NCBI GenBank assembly: GCA_965197475.1
Contig: CBDANF010000002.1
Span: forward strand, 1,088,001 to 1,152,000
Reading direction: 5' to 3'
Length of the DNA: 64,000 bases
From: Candidatus Poribacteria bacterium
Lineage (GTDB): Bacteria > Poribacteria > WGA-4E > WGA-3G
This document shows, one piece after another, positions 20,310 through 31,300 of this stretch (position 1 is its first letter; every line of letters begins with the position of its first letter). The position numbers and the translations under genes were made by a program. The notes below the pieces were generated by a model, which saw only the letters and a program-made list of their open reading frames with translations, was not told the origin of the DNA and made no database searches.

Positions 20310-22379
20310 TTAAAGAGTCCTTGCGACCTGTTCGTGGACATAACATTCTAACACATCCCCAACTTTTATGTCGTCAAATTCGTCAATACCGATCCCACAT
20401 TCATAATTAGCTTGTACTTCGTTGACGTTGTCTTTAAAACGTCGCAGTGAGTCAACCTTTCCTTCATAAATCAACCGGTTTTCGCGCAGCACACGCAGAG
20501 GTTGGTTAAAAGTGATTCTACCCCAGTTGACATAACTTCCTGCGACTAATCCGATACGCGGTGCTTTGAAGATTTCCCTCACTTCAGCCCGTCCGATAAT
20601 TACTTCCCTAACCTCTGGCTCTAACAAGCCTTCCATTGCTGAGCGGATGTCGGAGATAATGTCATAAATAACCGTATAGGTGCGAACATCAATCCCTTCG
20701 ATTTCGGTCGCTTTAACTGCTTCTGTGGTGGGGTAAACGTTGAATCCAACAACGATAGCATCAGACGCGGAAGCAAGCAAGATATCTGTCTCAGTGATAC
20801 CGCCAGTGGCTTCGTGAATGATGTTTATTTTTACTTCCGGCGCGCTCAATTTTAGCAAGGATTCCGAGATGGCTTGAACGGAACCCTGCACATCTCCCTT
20901 AACAATGACATTCAATTCCTTGATTTCACCTTCTTGGATCTGTTGGAATAGGTCATCAAGACTAATATGGCTATGTGTGCCAAGTTTGGAAATACGGTAT
21001 TTATCTTGCCGTTCTTCGCTTATAGAGCGAGCATCCTTTTCGGAATCGACAGCAAAAAATAGGTCTCCTGCTTCCGGCACACCTGTAAATCCAAGTACTT
21101 CCACAGGCGTAGATGGCGCGGCTTCCTTGATTCGTCTACCGTCATCACTCATCATCGCTCTAACTCTTCCGGAGTAGCGACCAGAGACGAATGCATCGCC
21201 AACTTTCAAGGTGCCACTCTGCACTAAAACGGTCGCAACTGCGCCACGACCTTTATCTACTTGTGCCTCAATTACAACACCACGGGCAGGTTTATTCGGG
21301 TTCGCTTTTAATTCTAACAAGGCAGCTTCAAGGAGGAGCATTTCCAACAATAATTCTATTCCGGTGCCTTCGATTGCCGATATCTCTACACAGATAGTTT
21401 GACCACCCCAATCTTCTGGGACCAATTCGTTTTCAACCAACTGCTGTTTGACATAGTCGGAGCGTGCCCCAGGCACATCAATTTTGTTTATTGCAATTAC
21501 AATCGGAACTTTGGCTGCTTTAGCGTGGTTAATTGCCTCAATCGTCTGTGGCATTACGCCATCATCAGCGGCAACTATAAGAACGACTATATCTGTTGCT
21601 TGTGCACCGCGTGCGCGCATAGCCGTGAATGCCGCATGTCCAGGTGTATCAAGAAAAACAATGCTTCCATTTTCTAATTCAACGTGGTAAGCACCGATAT
21701 GTTGTGTGATATTTCCTGCCTCGGATTCACTTACGTTTGATTCACGGATACAATCCAAAAGCGAGGTTTTACCGTGGTCAACGTGTCCCATAATTGTGAT
21801 AACAGGGGCACGCGGCACCAACGAATCAGGAAGGTCTTCTTCATCTAATAGTAGTTTTTCCTCTAACGTCTTTTCCTGCAAAACTTCAAAGCCGAAATGT
21901 TCTCCTAAGACTAACAGCGTTTGGTAATCTAAACTTTGGTTAATCGTTGCCATCACCTTTAATTTCATCAACTGCATAATCAATTGGTTTGATTGTAAAT
22001 TAAGCATTGATGCGAGTGTGCTGACTGTCACCCCCTCTTGAACCTGCATGGGAGCATCTGCAGGTGTTTCTTTTTCAGGCTCAACAGGTGTTTCTTTTTC
22101 AGGCTCAACAGGCATTTCTTCTTCAGGTATGATGTTAACGTCTTTTTCTTGATCTTGACTTATTTCTTGCTCGGGATCTAATTCGGACTCAATTAGCATA
22201 ATTGTTTCCGGATCCAAAGTACTCATGTGATTTTTAATGGAAACGCCTAAGTCTTTCAGCACTTTGATAAGTTCCTTGCTGGTCAATCCGTGGCGTTTCG
22301 CCAATTCATAGACTCGGACATTTTGACTCTGTGTTATTTTTTGATTAGTTTCAGCTGGTTGCTGTCTCTGTTTTTTCAT
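20310..22379 (-). CDS. infB: translation initiation factor IF-2
   Basis: [20 protein letters not shown]. Confidence 0.98.
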   Translation of the reverse strand: MKKQRQQPAETNQKITQSQNVRVYELAKRHGLTSKELIKVLKDLGVSIKNHMSTLDPETIMLIESELDPEQEISQDQEKDVNIIPEEEMPVEPEKETPVEPEKETPADAPMQVQEGVTVSTLASMLNLQSNQLIMQLMKLKVMATINQSLDYQTLLVLGEHFGFEVLQEKTLEEKLLLDEEDLPDSLVPRAPVITIMGHVDHGKTSLLDCIRESNVSESEAGNITQHIGAYHVELENGSIVFLDTPGHAAFTAMRARGAQATDIVVLIVAADDGVMPQTIEAINHAKAAKVPIVIAINKIDVPGARSDYVKQQLVENELVPEDWGGQTICVEISAIEGTGIELLLEMLLLEAALLELKANPNKPARGVVIEAQVDKGRGAVATVLVQSGTLKVGDAFVSGRYSGRVRAMMSDDGRRIKEAAPSTPVEVLGFTGVPEAGDLFFAVDSEKDARSISEERQDKYRISKLGTHSHISLDDLFQQIQEGEIKELNVIVKGDVQGSVQAISESLLKLSAPEVKINIIHEATGGITETDILLASASDAIVVGFNVYPTTEAVKATEIEGIDVRTYTVIYDIISDIRSAMEGLLEPEVREVIIGRAEVREIFKAPRIGLVAGSYVNWGRITFNQPLRVLRENRLIYEGKVDSLRRFKDNVNEVQANYECGIGIDEFDDIKVGDVLECYVHEQVARTL

Positions 22380-22659
22380 CGGCGATTATCTCCTTGTCAA
22401 GGAGTGCCTGTTTGAATTCGGCAATAACCGATTTCGACAGTTGCACTCGTAGCAATGCGTTTATCCGCTTAGGCACTTTAAAAGCTCTTTCAATACAAGA
22501 CTTAGAACGACAGACATAAGCTCCACGTCCGGGAAGTTTTTTTAATTTTTCTATCTCTAAAGCCTCACCTGTGCAACACACAAAACGGATTAATGTTTTT
22601 TGTGGAAATTTACAAAGGCATCCAATACACGTGCGAATGGGTGCTTTAACTCTTTTCAT
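22351..22659 (-). CDS. ylxR: YlxR/DUF448 family protein
   Basis: PIRTCIGC, GRGAYVC; lies between nusA and infB. Confidence 0.9.
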   Translation of the reverse strand: MKRVKAPIRTCIGCLCKFPQKTLIRFVCCTGEALEIEKLKKLPGRGAYVCRSKSCIERAFKVPKRINALLRVQLSKSVIAEFKQALLDKEIIADEKTETATS

Positions 22660-22737
22660 TGATTAGTTGCGGGCGACAGAGCACTTCAAACAAATTTCGA
22701 TAGTGGAAAGCCACAAACATATAGGTTTGCGTGCCTG

Positions 22738-24081
22738 TCAATTTTCTTCAGATTCAGAGTCTTGATCTAATTCAGATTCAGAGTCTTGATCTAATTCAGG
22801 TTCGGTAACGGTTTCGGACTCTACGGTATTCTCCGGGTTAGTATCTTCTGATGTTACCTCAACGGCGACTTCAGAAATCGTCTCTTCCTCAGTCTCTGCA
22901 GCATTGACATCCAAAGACATCTCTTCAGTATCTTCAGATGGAGTATCCTGCTCTGGTTCCGTCTCCACAGCGTCAGTTATATCCTCTTTAAATAACGTAT
23001 CCAATGAAACAGGGGCTTCGGATTCACTTTTTATGTCAATGTTCCATCCGGTCAATTTCGCGGCAAGCCTCGCATTCTGTCCTCGTCTACCAATGGCGAG
23101 AGACAATTGGTCATCTGGGACTACGACGATCGCACTCATATCTGCTTCGTTGAGTTCAACCCTGCGAATACGTTCCGCTGGTTTTAAAGCGTTAGTGATA
23201 AAGACGCGCGGATCCTCGTTCCATGCAAGGAAATCAATTTTTTCGTTCTTCAGTTCACGTACCATAGTCCGAACTCGGGAACCTCTAACACCTACACAGG
23301 TTCCAACAGCATCTATCCCCTCTTCGTTTGCGATAACGGCAACTTTCGCGCGGTGTCCAGGCTCACGGGCAACCGCCATCACACGAACTTGACCTTCATA
23401 TACTTCTGGAACTTCATGTTCACATAACATAGCAATCAGGTCCGGATGCGTTCGGGATACGACAATTTGCTCTCCTGTTACTGTATTTTTTACTTCTAAG
23501 ATGAGACACCGCAGGGAATCACCGCGATTATACCGGTGAGATGGAGGTATCTGACTCGATGGCAACAGTGCCTCGGCTCGCAAGACATCTGTCCGCTCCA
23601 AATCAACGACAGCATTCGGTCCATCATATCGCTGTAAGTATCCAACGATAATCTCACCTTCACGCCCTTCAAATTCGTTGTAAATCTGTTCACGTTCGGC
23701 TTCTCTGAGTTTGCCAAGTAGAATCTGACGTCCCAATTGCGCTTGAATCCGACCAAATTCTTCAGGGCTAATTTGGACTTCTAACGAGTCACCAATCTCT
23801 ACATTTGGATCAAGTTTTTGTGCTTCCTCAATGGGGATCTCTGTTGAGAAATCTTGCATAATATCAACAACTTTTTTCGGGACGTGGCATTTTATTTCTT
23901 CCTGGTCAAGCTGGATATCTATTGATACTTTAGCCTCTGGGCCGTAGTGTCGCAAAGCGATTACACGCAAAGCATCTTCAATTGCCTTGACAAAAACATC
24001 CTCAGGTAAGTCAGTGTGTCCCATCATTTGCCGAATAGAGTGTTGTAAACTTTCTCTTCTTTCTGGTGTTTTTTGCTTCAT
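22738..24081 (-). CDS. nusA: transcription termination/antitermination factor NusA
   Basis: FGRIQAQ, AREPG.RAKVAV, SLAIGRRGQNARLA; acidic tail with a 24-bp repeat. Confidence 0.97.
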   Translation of the reverse strand: MKQKTPERRESLQHSIRQMMGHTDLPEDVFVKAIEDALRVIALRHYGPEAKVSIDIQLDQEEIKCHVPKKVVDIMQDFSTEIPIEEAQKLDPNVEIGDSLEVQISPEEFGRIQAQLGRQILLGKLREAEREQIYNEFEGREGEIIVGYLQRYDGPNAVVDLERTDVLRAEALLPSSQIPPSHRYNRGDSLRCLILEVKNTVTGEQIVVSRTHPDLIAMLCEHEVPEVYEGQVRVMAVAREPGHRAKVAVIANEEGIDAVGTCVGVRGSRVRTMVRELKNEKIDFLAWNEDPRVFITNALKPAERIRRVELNEADMSAIVVVPDDQLSLAIGRRGQNARLAAKLTGWNIDIKSESEAPVSLDTLFKEDITDAVETEPEQDTPSEDTEEMSLDVNAAETEEETISEVAVEVTSEDTNPENTVESETVTEPELDQDSESELDQDSESEEN

Positions 24082-24130
24082 AGTTCTCCTACATCATGGC
24101 GCAACTTGTAAGTCAATATACGCCAACTGA

Positions 24131-24592
24131 TCACCAGACCAGTTGAATGTACCCTTTACAAATTCGCGAGATTTCAATATGGACGGTTTTACCCGATGTT
24201 TGTTCCAAAACGACAGATGCGTCTACGACTTCTAATACTTGTCCTTCCACTTCAAACACCTGTCCATTGTGCGAAGTGGTTTCAATTTGAACGGTTCTGC
24301 CGAGATTCCGCTGGAAATCCGCTGCTGTTTTTAACGGACGGTCAACCCCTGGTGAAGCGATTTCAAGCTGTTTATATCCATCTAATATCTGGTGAACCTC
24401 CAAAATTGGACGAACAGCGTCGTCAACAGCTTTACAATCGGATACTGAAAGACCCCCCGCTTTATGGATCAATAACCTGAGTGTTTGGTTTTTGCGGCTC
24501 CCTGCTGTCTCCACGGCTACTAATTCAAACCCATCTGTTTGAAGGAAGGGTGTCAACATCTCTGCAACGGTAGTTTCAATATCTCCAGGCAT
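24131..24592 (-). CDS. rimP: ribosome maturation factor RimP
   Basis: LEIASPGVDRPL; upstream of nusA; start MPGD at 24592. Confidence 0.93.
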   Translation of the reverse strand: MPGDIETTVAEMLTPFLQTDGFELVAVETAGSRKNQTLRLLIHKAGGLSVSDCKAVDDAVRPILEVHQILDGYKQLEIASPGVDRPLKTAADFQRNLGRTVQIETTSHNGQVFEVEGQVLEVVDASVVLEQTSGKTVHIEISRICKGYIQLVW

Positions 24593-25030
24593 TTTTTTAC
24601 CCTCTATAAAATAAAAAACGCGATTGTTCTCGGTTGTGGAGAGTCCTCGCGGTTCTTCTTTAGCAGTTTGCCAATTCCCTTTAAATGGGAGCAGACCACT
24701 GCTTTTAACACTACATGAACAGTAGTATTTCAAATTTGACCTGCAAGCCTGTAAATTAGTATGATAACACTTTCCTTTGTGGGAATCAAGTCAAATTCAA
24801 GATCCACGTTAATGTGTTTAGAAAAACCTAATAACTTCACCGATACGTCCTTTGAAAACGGTTTTAGTTTAAGACGTTAATTCATATAGTAAGTTTAATC
24901 TATGTACAAACTTTTGTCAAGATTTATTTTTTCCGAGAAAGAAGTATTTTCAAAACAACCTCAGATGTGTAAAGATTTAGCGTTATAATAAAACTTTTCA
25001 CTTTTCAATAGCACATGTTATACTATCTAT

Positions 25031-25645
25031 ATGAGTATGTTTCGCGAACATTGGATCGGCGGATTGACTGCCTACAGCACCTTTTTTGTGGTTTCACTTG
25101 TAGCAACAATCTCCGTTTCAATTTTATACGGGTTACCATTTAATTGGAATCCAACTATTTCAACGGATCCATTGGAAATCCTTGGATGTTTTGCCATTGG
25201 GTTGCTGTTTGGGTTGTGGCCCGATGTAGATATTACGAGTAAGAGCCAAAAAATCTTTTATAGTGTCCTGTTTGCTCTGAATGCTTCGCTCATTTTTTTC
25301 CTGCACAGGTACTTAGAGGCGGCACTTTTAGGGTTATTTGCAATGCTCCCAATTCTTAGCAAGCATCGCGGATGGACTCACTCCAAGATTACGATGATTC
25401 TGTTGCCAAGTCTGTTTATAGTGATTCCGATCTATGCGGAGTATCCGAATTGGGGAACTGGGTGGGAAAAACTGACTGATTTGTTTGACTCGTTGGTGAC
25501 GTGGGAAAAACTTGGAGATACGCTGCGAAACGGTCTCGCGTTCTATGTGGCAGGATTGATTGGATATGCATCACATCTATACCTGGATGGTATCTTATTC
25601 CGTTCACGCAAAGCACAACGGCGGAAAGCACGTGCAAAACAATGA
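25031..25645 (+). CDS. membrane-bound metal-dependent hydrolase (YdjM/DUF2227-like)
   Basis: H..GG, WPDVD, HRGWTHS, SHL..D with TM helices. Confidence 0.85.
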   Translation: MSMFREHWIGGLTAYSTFFVVSLVATISVSILYGLPFNWNPTISTDPLEILGCFAIGLLFGLWPDVDITSKSQKIFYSVLFALNASLIFFLHRYLEAALLGLFAMLPILSKHRGWTHSKITMILLPSLFIVIPIYAEYPNWGTGWEKLTDLFDSLVTWEKLGDTLRNGLAFYVAGLIGYASHLYLDGILFRSRKAQRRKARAKQ

Positions 25646-26937
25646 ATAAAGCAATACGCAACACTCAGAAATTATGTGCCAATCCTTTGATGCAGACGCT
25701 GTACGCTTTTGCTAAGGCGCGTGAGATTCAACTCTACCTTGTAGGCGGCAGTGTGCGGGATTTGTTGTTAAATAGACCAACAACAGATTTCGATTTCACG
25801 CTGAAATCAAATACCATTCAATTTGCTAAAATGTTCGCTGACAGTATCCGTGCGCCCTTCGTTCCGCTTGAGGAGCAACCGCCTACCGCTCGCGTTATTG
25901 TTAGAACACCCCATCTTGTCCGGACTCAATTGAGCATAGATTTCACACAATTTAGAGCTGCATCTCTGACAGATGACCTGCGTTTGCGCGACCTAACAAT
26001 CAATGCAATGGCAATTCCACTTGAATCGGTTATGGAATCAGGTTGTCCTGAAGTGATTGATCCATGCAACGGCACAAATGACCTTGCGACACGCCTTCTC
26101 AGGTTTCCGAGTGAACAGGTCGTTCGTGATGATCCGCTACGCCTCATGCGAATTTATCGATTCGCTGCACAGTTGGATTTTGAAATATGTCAAAAATCCC
26201 TTGGACTGGTGCAAAAACATCAAAATTTATTACCAAATGTTTCAAAGGAACGGATTCGCGATGAATTTTTGAAAATTCTCAACATTGGGAAAGCAAAAAT
26301 CTATTTACAGCGAATGCTTGAGATTGGTCTGTTAGCACACGTTTTTCCAAATATAGAACAGACACATGCCTTGTGGCACCCGTTAGAAAACTTTGAGGAC
26401 AACCCAATTCCTGAATCGCTTTGCTTCTATGAAGATGAAATCAATACCTATCTCAATGAAGAATTAGGTTTAGAAGCGAACCGACAGTCATTAATTAAGC
26501 TCTGCCTACTTCTGCAGGAAAATCTTGGAGAAATTGGTAAACAACTTCGACTGAGTCGAAAGGCATTGCAATTTATGAAATGTCTCGTTACGGAATATCA
26601 GCAACTTACAGATAGGGAATTGACAAAGAAAGAGATAATCAATTTTTTGAGAACTTCTGCATCCGATTGGTGGGGCGTACTTCTGTTTTCGGCTGCCAAA
26701 CATCCGATTTCCGCACAAGTCCTGACGCAAATCGTAGATACCTACTACGAACATCTACTGCCAATTCTCAAGCAGGGACGACTTATTACGGGGGAAGATC
26801 TGATTCAGGAGTTCCAACTGAAGGAGGGAAGAGAAATTGGGATGCTGTTAAAGCAAATTGAGGAACGGCAGTTCAATGGTGAGATTCGGACGCGGGCTGA
26901 AGCACTTGCTGCCGTGGAGGCGTTACTTCGTAAATAA
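25642..26937 (+). CDS. class II tRNA nucleotidyltransferase (probably CC-adding)
   Basis: VGGSVRD..L....DFDF, RDLTINAMA, DDPLR.MR..RF, ERIRDEF. Confidence 0.88.
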   Translation: MNKAIRNTQKLCANPLMQTLYAFAKAREIQLYLVGGSVRDLLLNRPTTDFDFTLKSNTIQFAKMFADSIRAPFVPLEEQPPTARVIVRTPHLVRTQLSIDFTQFRAASLTDDLRLRDLTINAMAIPLESVMESGCPEVIDPCNGTNDLATRLLRFPSEQVVRDDPLRLMRIYRFAAQLDFEICQKSLGLVQKHQNLLPNVSKERIRDEFLKILNIGKAKIYLQRMLEIGLLAHVFPNIEQTHALWHPLENFEDNPIPESLCFYEDEINTYLNEELGLEANRQSLIKLCLLLQENLGEIGKQLRLSRKALQFMKCLVTEYQQLTDRELTKKEIINFLRTSASDWWGVLLFSAAKHPISAQVLTQIVDTYYEHLLPILKQGRLITGEDLIQEFQLKEGREIGMLLKQIEERQFNGEIRTRAEALAAVEALLRK

Positions 26938-26945
26938 GGCAATTC

Positions 26946-27620
26946 CTATAAATCTGCTTGGCGTTTGCGCAGAAATTTTGGAATGAGAGAAACCAAAAGT
27001 ATGAGAACAGCAGCGATGGACAGATAAATGAAAGTTTTCGACAGACTCCCTTCGCCACTTACAAGCGCACCGCCAATTTGAACATACGCGATAGTACCGG
27101 GCAGCATAAAAATTGCTGAAACGAGGACATAAGTCGGAAACTTAATTTTGGTTAAACCGTATGCATAGTTTTGTAAATTAAAGGGGAAGATAGGTACCAA
27201 CCGCGTGAACATCAAGATCCGCCACCCTTCCTGTTCCACCTTTTCATCTATTTTTTGGAATTGAACGTTACCTGACACCCACTTTTCAACAAGTTCTCGT
27301 GCTACGTAACGTGCAACCAGGAAGGCGAGGGAAACCCCAATAACCGCACCAACCCAAACATAAACAACACCCCATACCGGACCGAATGCGATGCCTGCGA
27401 TCACTGTTACCGCAAGACCCGGTAAAAAGAAAAGTGTCGCAACAATGTACAAGCAGATGTAGACCAACGGCGCGATTATGCCGAAGTCCGAAACCCATTC
27501 TTTAATTTTGTGGACATTCTTAAGATCAATGTACTCGGTTATTCCGTAATATCTTAACAGGAAATAGATTACTGCCATAACGCCAACAGCGATAGTGAGT
27601 TTAATCACCTTACTTTTCAT
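26946..27620 (-). CDS. TVP38/TMEM64 (VTT/DedA-like) membrane protein
   Basis: RLVPIFPFNLQNYAYGLT. Confidence 0.9.
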   Translation of the reverse strand: MKSKVIKLTIAVGVMAVIYFLLRYYGITEYIDLKNVHKIKEWVSDFGIIAPLVYICLYIVATLFFLPGLAVTVIAGIAFGPVWGVVYVWVGAVIGVSLAFLVARYVARELVEKWVSGNVQFQKIDEKVEQEGWRILMFTRLVPIFPFNLQNYAYGLTKIKFPTYVLVSAIFMLPGTIAYVQIGGALVSGEGSLSKTFIYLSIAAVLILLVSLIPKFLRKRQADL

Positions 27621-29079
27621 TTATTTTGGCAATTGCCTCCAAATAGGCTTTAATCTGTGAGCGGTATCGCACCGGAATTTGATCGTTTTCAATAGCTTGC
27701 GCATACTCACGTTGTGCTGTAAGAATCACATCACTAAACAGTAGATAGTCAGGTTCAGTTCCAGTATTCCCCGCGTTTCCAGTGAAAACCCTTGTAATGT
27801 TTTGGGTATCTGGTGCAGTCTCTGAATTTAATTTGAGTTCATTACCAGCAATCTGCAACGACGGTGTTTCATCGCCAGAGAGCGGTTTTTTAGTAGTGTT
27901 ATCGTCGGCGGGTGGTGTCGCGTCATCGCCAGAGGGTGAAAAATCGGATGCATCGCCTGACGCTTGTGTGCCTTGTGTCTCTTGATTCCCCGATTCTTCA
28001 CCGGGGGCACCATCGCTACTGGCAACCCCACCGGTAGACTGATCGGTTTCAATTCCCGCCAATGCAATATCTTTTCGGCTCTCTGTAAGTTGTGCTTCAA
28101 GATGATTGAGTTGCTCAAGTTGAAGAAGGGCATCCACGATGTTCTTCAATGTGTCAGGTGAAACTGTCTTACCCTGAATCTGGTCCAACGCTTGATTTAG
28201 TCTTCCTTGCGGCACACTCTCTGCCAATTTTGTGAAAAGTTTTTCGAGTTCAGCGCGAAGTTCATGCGGGAGTTCATCTTGCCGTGTCAGACGTTCAAGT
28301 TCGTCTGCAAGTGCGGTGGTATCCATGCCTTTAAAGTGTTGTGTTCCTTGTGTTGCCTGCGCTATAGCCGACTCATCCGGAAATTCCGATTTCTGTTTCC
28401 GCACCTCACTATTTAATGCACGCAAATCTTCATGTGCAGTGGCAACATTTTTAGCGTTTTTCAACCTTTTTATCGTTTTGCTAATCTTTTCTCGGATAAT
28501 CGGGTTGTTGATATTTGCAAGTTCATCTGATAGGTTTTCAATTGCCTTGTCAATCGCTTCATGTTCTGTGGCTGTTAGCGGCTGAGGAAGTTCATATTGG
28601 CGAGGCACAACAAAAGAGAGGGCAATTATTAACATCGGAATCGAAATCCACTTCAGCAATGGCGGTGGTGTGTACGGTACTATCTTTGATTTATCTACGT
28701 TCGCAATACCTGTAACGGAATCGTGAATTTGCAGTTGCGTCAGTTCACCTTGTCGGTTTTCTTGTATCAATTCTAACGATGTGCTGACACGTTCCTTGAG
28801 TGTCAAATGCTCATCAACAAAACCTGCAATGTCAGACAGCGTTTTACGGTGTCTGAAACCGAAACAGATACCGAACAGAATTGCCCCGATAAACACCAAA
28901 AGCGCGCCAAGTGTCATAGAAAACGGAAAAAGGACGAGACGAATTCCGATGGACAGCACGGCAAGAAAGCACATTGCAAAAAAGACAGCTGTTGACACTG
29001 TCCGAAAGATTGTTTGTATGCGCGCTCGTGTTTGAAGCGTTTTTAGGCAGTTTATGATGGCATGTCTTGGGTCTTCCAT
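27610..29079 (-). CDS. hypothetical membrane protein with coiled coil and low-complexity linker
   Basis: 3 TM segments, L.ERVSTSLE, C-terminal IP..YR..IKAYLE. Confidence 0.7.
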   Translation of the reverse strand: MEDPRHAIINCLKTLQTRARIQTIFRTVSTAVFFAMCFLAVLSIGIRLVLFPFSMTLGALLVFIGAILFGICFGFRHRKTLSDIAGFVDEHLTLKERVSTSLELIQENRQGELTQLQIHDSVTGIANVDKSKIVPYTPPPLLKWISIPMLIIALSFVVPRQYELPQPLTATEHEAIDKAIENLSDELANINNPIIREKISKTIKRLKNAKNVATAHEDLRALNSEVRKQKSEFPDESAIAQATQGTQHFKGMDTTALADELERLTRQDELPHELRAELEKLFTKLAESVPQGRLNQALDQIQGKTVSPDTLKNIVDALLQLEQLNHLEAQLTESRKDIALAGIETDQSTGGVASSDGAPGEESGNQETQGTQASGDASDFSPSGDDATPPADDNTTKKPLSGDETPSLQIAGNELKLNSETAPDTQNITRVFTGNAGNTGTEPDYLLFSDVILTAQREYAQAIENDQIPVRYRSQIKAYLEAIAKINEK

Positions 29080-30089
29080 TTCATCTTCTCCGTAGCAGCA
29101 AAAACCATCTCAGGTTTGATAGCATTGAGATTTTGGCGTGCAACAGCAGCATGTTCGTCCCACTCTTTAGGTGATAGCGTTTTCATAAGCTTGCAATCCT
29201 GTCGTGCAATCACAGTATGTTTGTCCCACGGTGGGCCCCACTGAGTCGGACTTGACCCACCAAAAAGTGCAATCGTTGGGGTTTTCACTGCTGTGCTCAG
29301 ATGCATCGGTCCCGTATCGTTGCTGATATAGAGATGACACCGTTCTAAAAGCGCAGCAAGTTGCATTGGTGTTGTATCGTTAGCAATAATCGGTGAATAT
29401 TCCATCTGTGCCGCTACTTGATGTGAGAGTTCACCTTCTCGCGGTCCTGTTGTTATGATGATATGTGCACCGGACGCATCATGAAGCATATTGCCGAGAA
29501 TAGCAAAGTTATCCACGGACCACCGACGGTAAAACGTTGCAGCCCCTGGATTGAGACCAATAATAGGCTTGCCATCATTCAGATTTCGACTTTTAAGAAA
29601 ATTATTGCCCCATGTCTTACCCGCATCATCAACAAAAACCTCAGGCTCATCATCTGTAACTTCAATATCAAGCGCACGCACAACATCAAGATAACGTTGC
29701 GTTTCATGTTGTGCAGTATTATTCGGTACTGAGATGTGCAAAAGCCTTTTCCCACCAGTCCTGGTTTCGAACCCTACGCGGAACGGAATTCTGGCAAGGA
29801 ATGTGTGAAGCACCAAGCGGAAGGTTGGTTGTAAAACTACCGCCATATCAAACTTTCTTCTGACAAGTTGATAAATAAGTTTTGGTACTGAAGACTGATA
29901 AGTTAAAACCTCATTCAAGTGTGGGTTTGCGGATACTAAATCCTCTCGTGTCGGTGCTACCATGTATGCGATGTAGGCATCTCGGAAATGTTGACGTAAG
30001 GCTCGGATGACAGGTGTTGTTAATACCGTTTCCCCCAGCGGTGCAAGCCTGATGATTAAGATGCGTTTTATCTGCTCAGGTGCAAACAT
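29052..30089 (-). CDS. glycosyltransferase family 9 (heptosyltransferase-like)
   Basis: ILIIRL..LGE.VL.TP, NPGA, SNDTGPMHL. Confidence 0.92.
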   Translation of the reverse strand: MFAPEQIKRILIIRLAPLGETVLTTPVIRALRQHFRDAYIAYMVAPTREDLVSANPHLNEVLTYQSSVPKLIYQLVRRKFDMAVVLQPTFRLVLHTFLARIPFRVGFETRTGGKRLLHISVPNNTAQHETQRYLDVVRALDIEVTDDEPEVFVDDAGKTWGNNFLKSRNLNDGKPIIGLNPGAATFYRRWSVDNFAILGNMLHDASGAHIIITTGPREGELSHQVAAQMEYSPIIANDTTPMQLAALLERCHLYISNDTGPMHLSTAVKTPTIALFGGSSPTQWGPPWDKHTVIARQDCKLMKTLSPKEWDEHAAVARQNLNAIKPEMVFAATEKMKWKTQDMPS

Positions 30090-30138
30090 CTTGAATTCTT
30101 CTATTCCTACCAATTGCTAATTTCTTTTCGTCACGGTA

Positions 30139-30232
30139 TAATACCAAATTAACTTGATCCCACTCGGTAGGTGCGGTTTCTAACCGCACCTAATACCAAG
30201 AAAAATGAGATAAATGCCGTTAATTTGATATA
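30139..30232. repeat. small inverted-repeat element enclosing a REP hairpin
   Basis: ataccaaattaac...gttaatttgatat ends around gtaggtgcggtttctaaccgcaccta. Confidence 0.5.
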
Positions 30233-30259
30233 ATAACTCAAAACGGACAGTGAGTCAAG

Positions 30260-30988
30260 ATGAAATCATACATCCACACATTAAAAGAAAAGTATCTTCA
30301 AGGTTGGGAACGCCAAACAACAGTAGTTTTGCTTGCTTCTGCTGTGCTGTTGACATTGCATAGAAAATATAGCCGGACAGGGATTTTTCGCACGCATTTA
30401 GCAGCGTATTTTGATAATCTGCCGTTGGTAGAAAGTCACCCTTACTATTACTGGTTTTTGACAACGGGACTCACATTGTTTCTAATTCCACTTCTTGTTG
30501 CTTTATTCGGGACAAAACAGCGACTGAGCGATTACGGAATTCGTTTGGGAAAGCAGAAACTCGGTTGGGGCGTGACATTTGCGGCATGGATTCTGATGAT
30601 ACCTGTGGTTATCATAGCAGTTAAAGTGTATCCCCCTTTTTTAGAAAAGTATCCGTTCTGCAAGGCAGTCGCAAGTAGTTGGTTAGTGTTTCTACCCTAT
30701 CAACTCGCTTATGGTGTTTACATGTTTTCGTGGGAATTTTTCTTCCGCGGATTTATGCTCTTTGGTTTGGAACGAAAATTCGGGAAGTACAGCATCTTAA
30801 TTCAGACCATTCCGTTCGCGGTGATGCACTTTTCCAAGCCGTTACCAGAAGCACTCGGTTCAATCATTGCAGGTGTATTGCTCGGTGTGCTCGCATTGGA
30901 AACCCGTTCTTTTATCTATGGCGCGGCGATTCACTGGCTCGTTGCTATGACAATGGATACAGTATGTGTTATCATTTCGAGCATTTAA
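30260..30988 (+). CDS. CPBP (Abi/CAAX) intramembrane metalloprotease
   Basis: WEFFFRG, F...H..K, H.L motifs and TM helices. Confidence 0.88.
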   Translation: MKSYIHTLKEKYLQGWERQTTVVLLASAVLLTLHRKYSRTGIFRTHLAAYFDNLPLVESHPYYYWFLTTGLTLFLIPLLVALFGTKQRLSDYGIRLGKQKLGWGVTFAAWILMIPVVIIAVKVYPPFLEKYPFCKAVASSWLVFLPYQLAYGVYMFSWEFFFRGFMLFGLERKFGKYSILIQTIPFAVMHFSKPLPEALGSIIAGVLLGVLALETRSFIYGAAIHWLVAMTMDTVCVIISSI

Positions 30989-31300
30989 CATGGTATTTCA
31001 TTAAATAATACGATTTTGTGTTATACTGAAAAAGACTAATAAAACGGGTTGTGTTAGTTAACATTTGGTATGTTTATATTTCACATGTTTGTTTCGTTTG
31101 GGTTTGAATTCCGCAACTATTCCGATTCCTGACGACATCTAAAGGTAGGAGGGAACTCCGATTCCCGATACCGTGTCGCGATTCGGAGATCGCTCGGACA
31201 GAATATGAACAGTTGTGAAGAACAACAAAACTATTACGTAACTAGCACAAGTCGTTAATAAAAGAAAATCCTTTATAATCATCAATACCTTCGCCAATTA

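Noticed and set aside
24600-24770. rimP leader RNA motif and 47-codon RimP extension
   Set aside because: Only a weak resemblance to the GC-rich rimP leader hairpin; the extension is not RimP-like.
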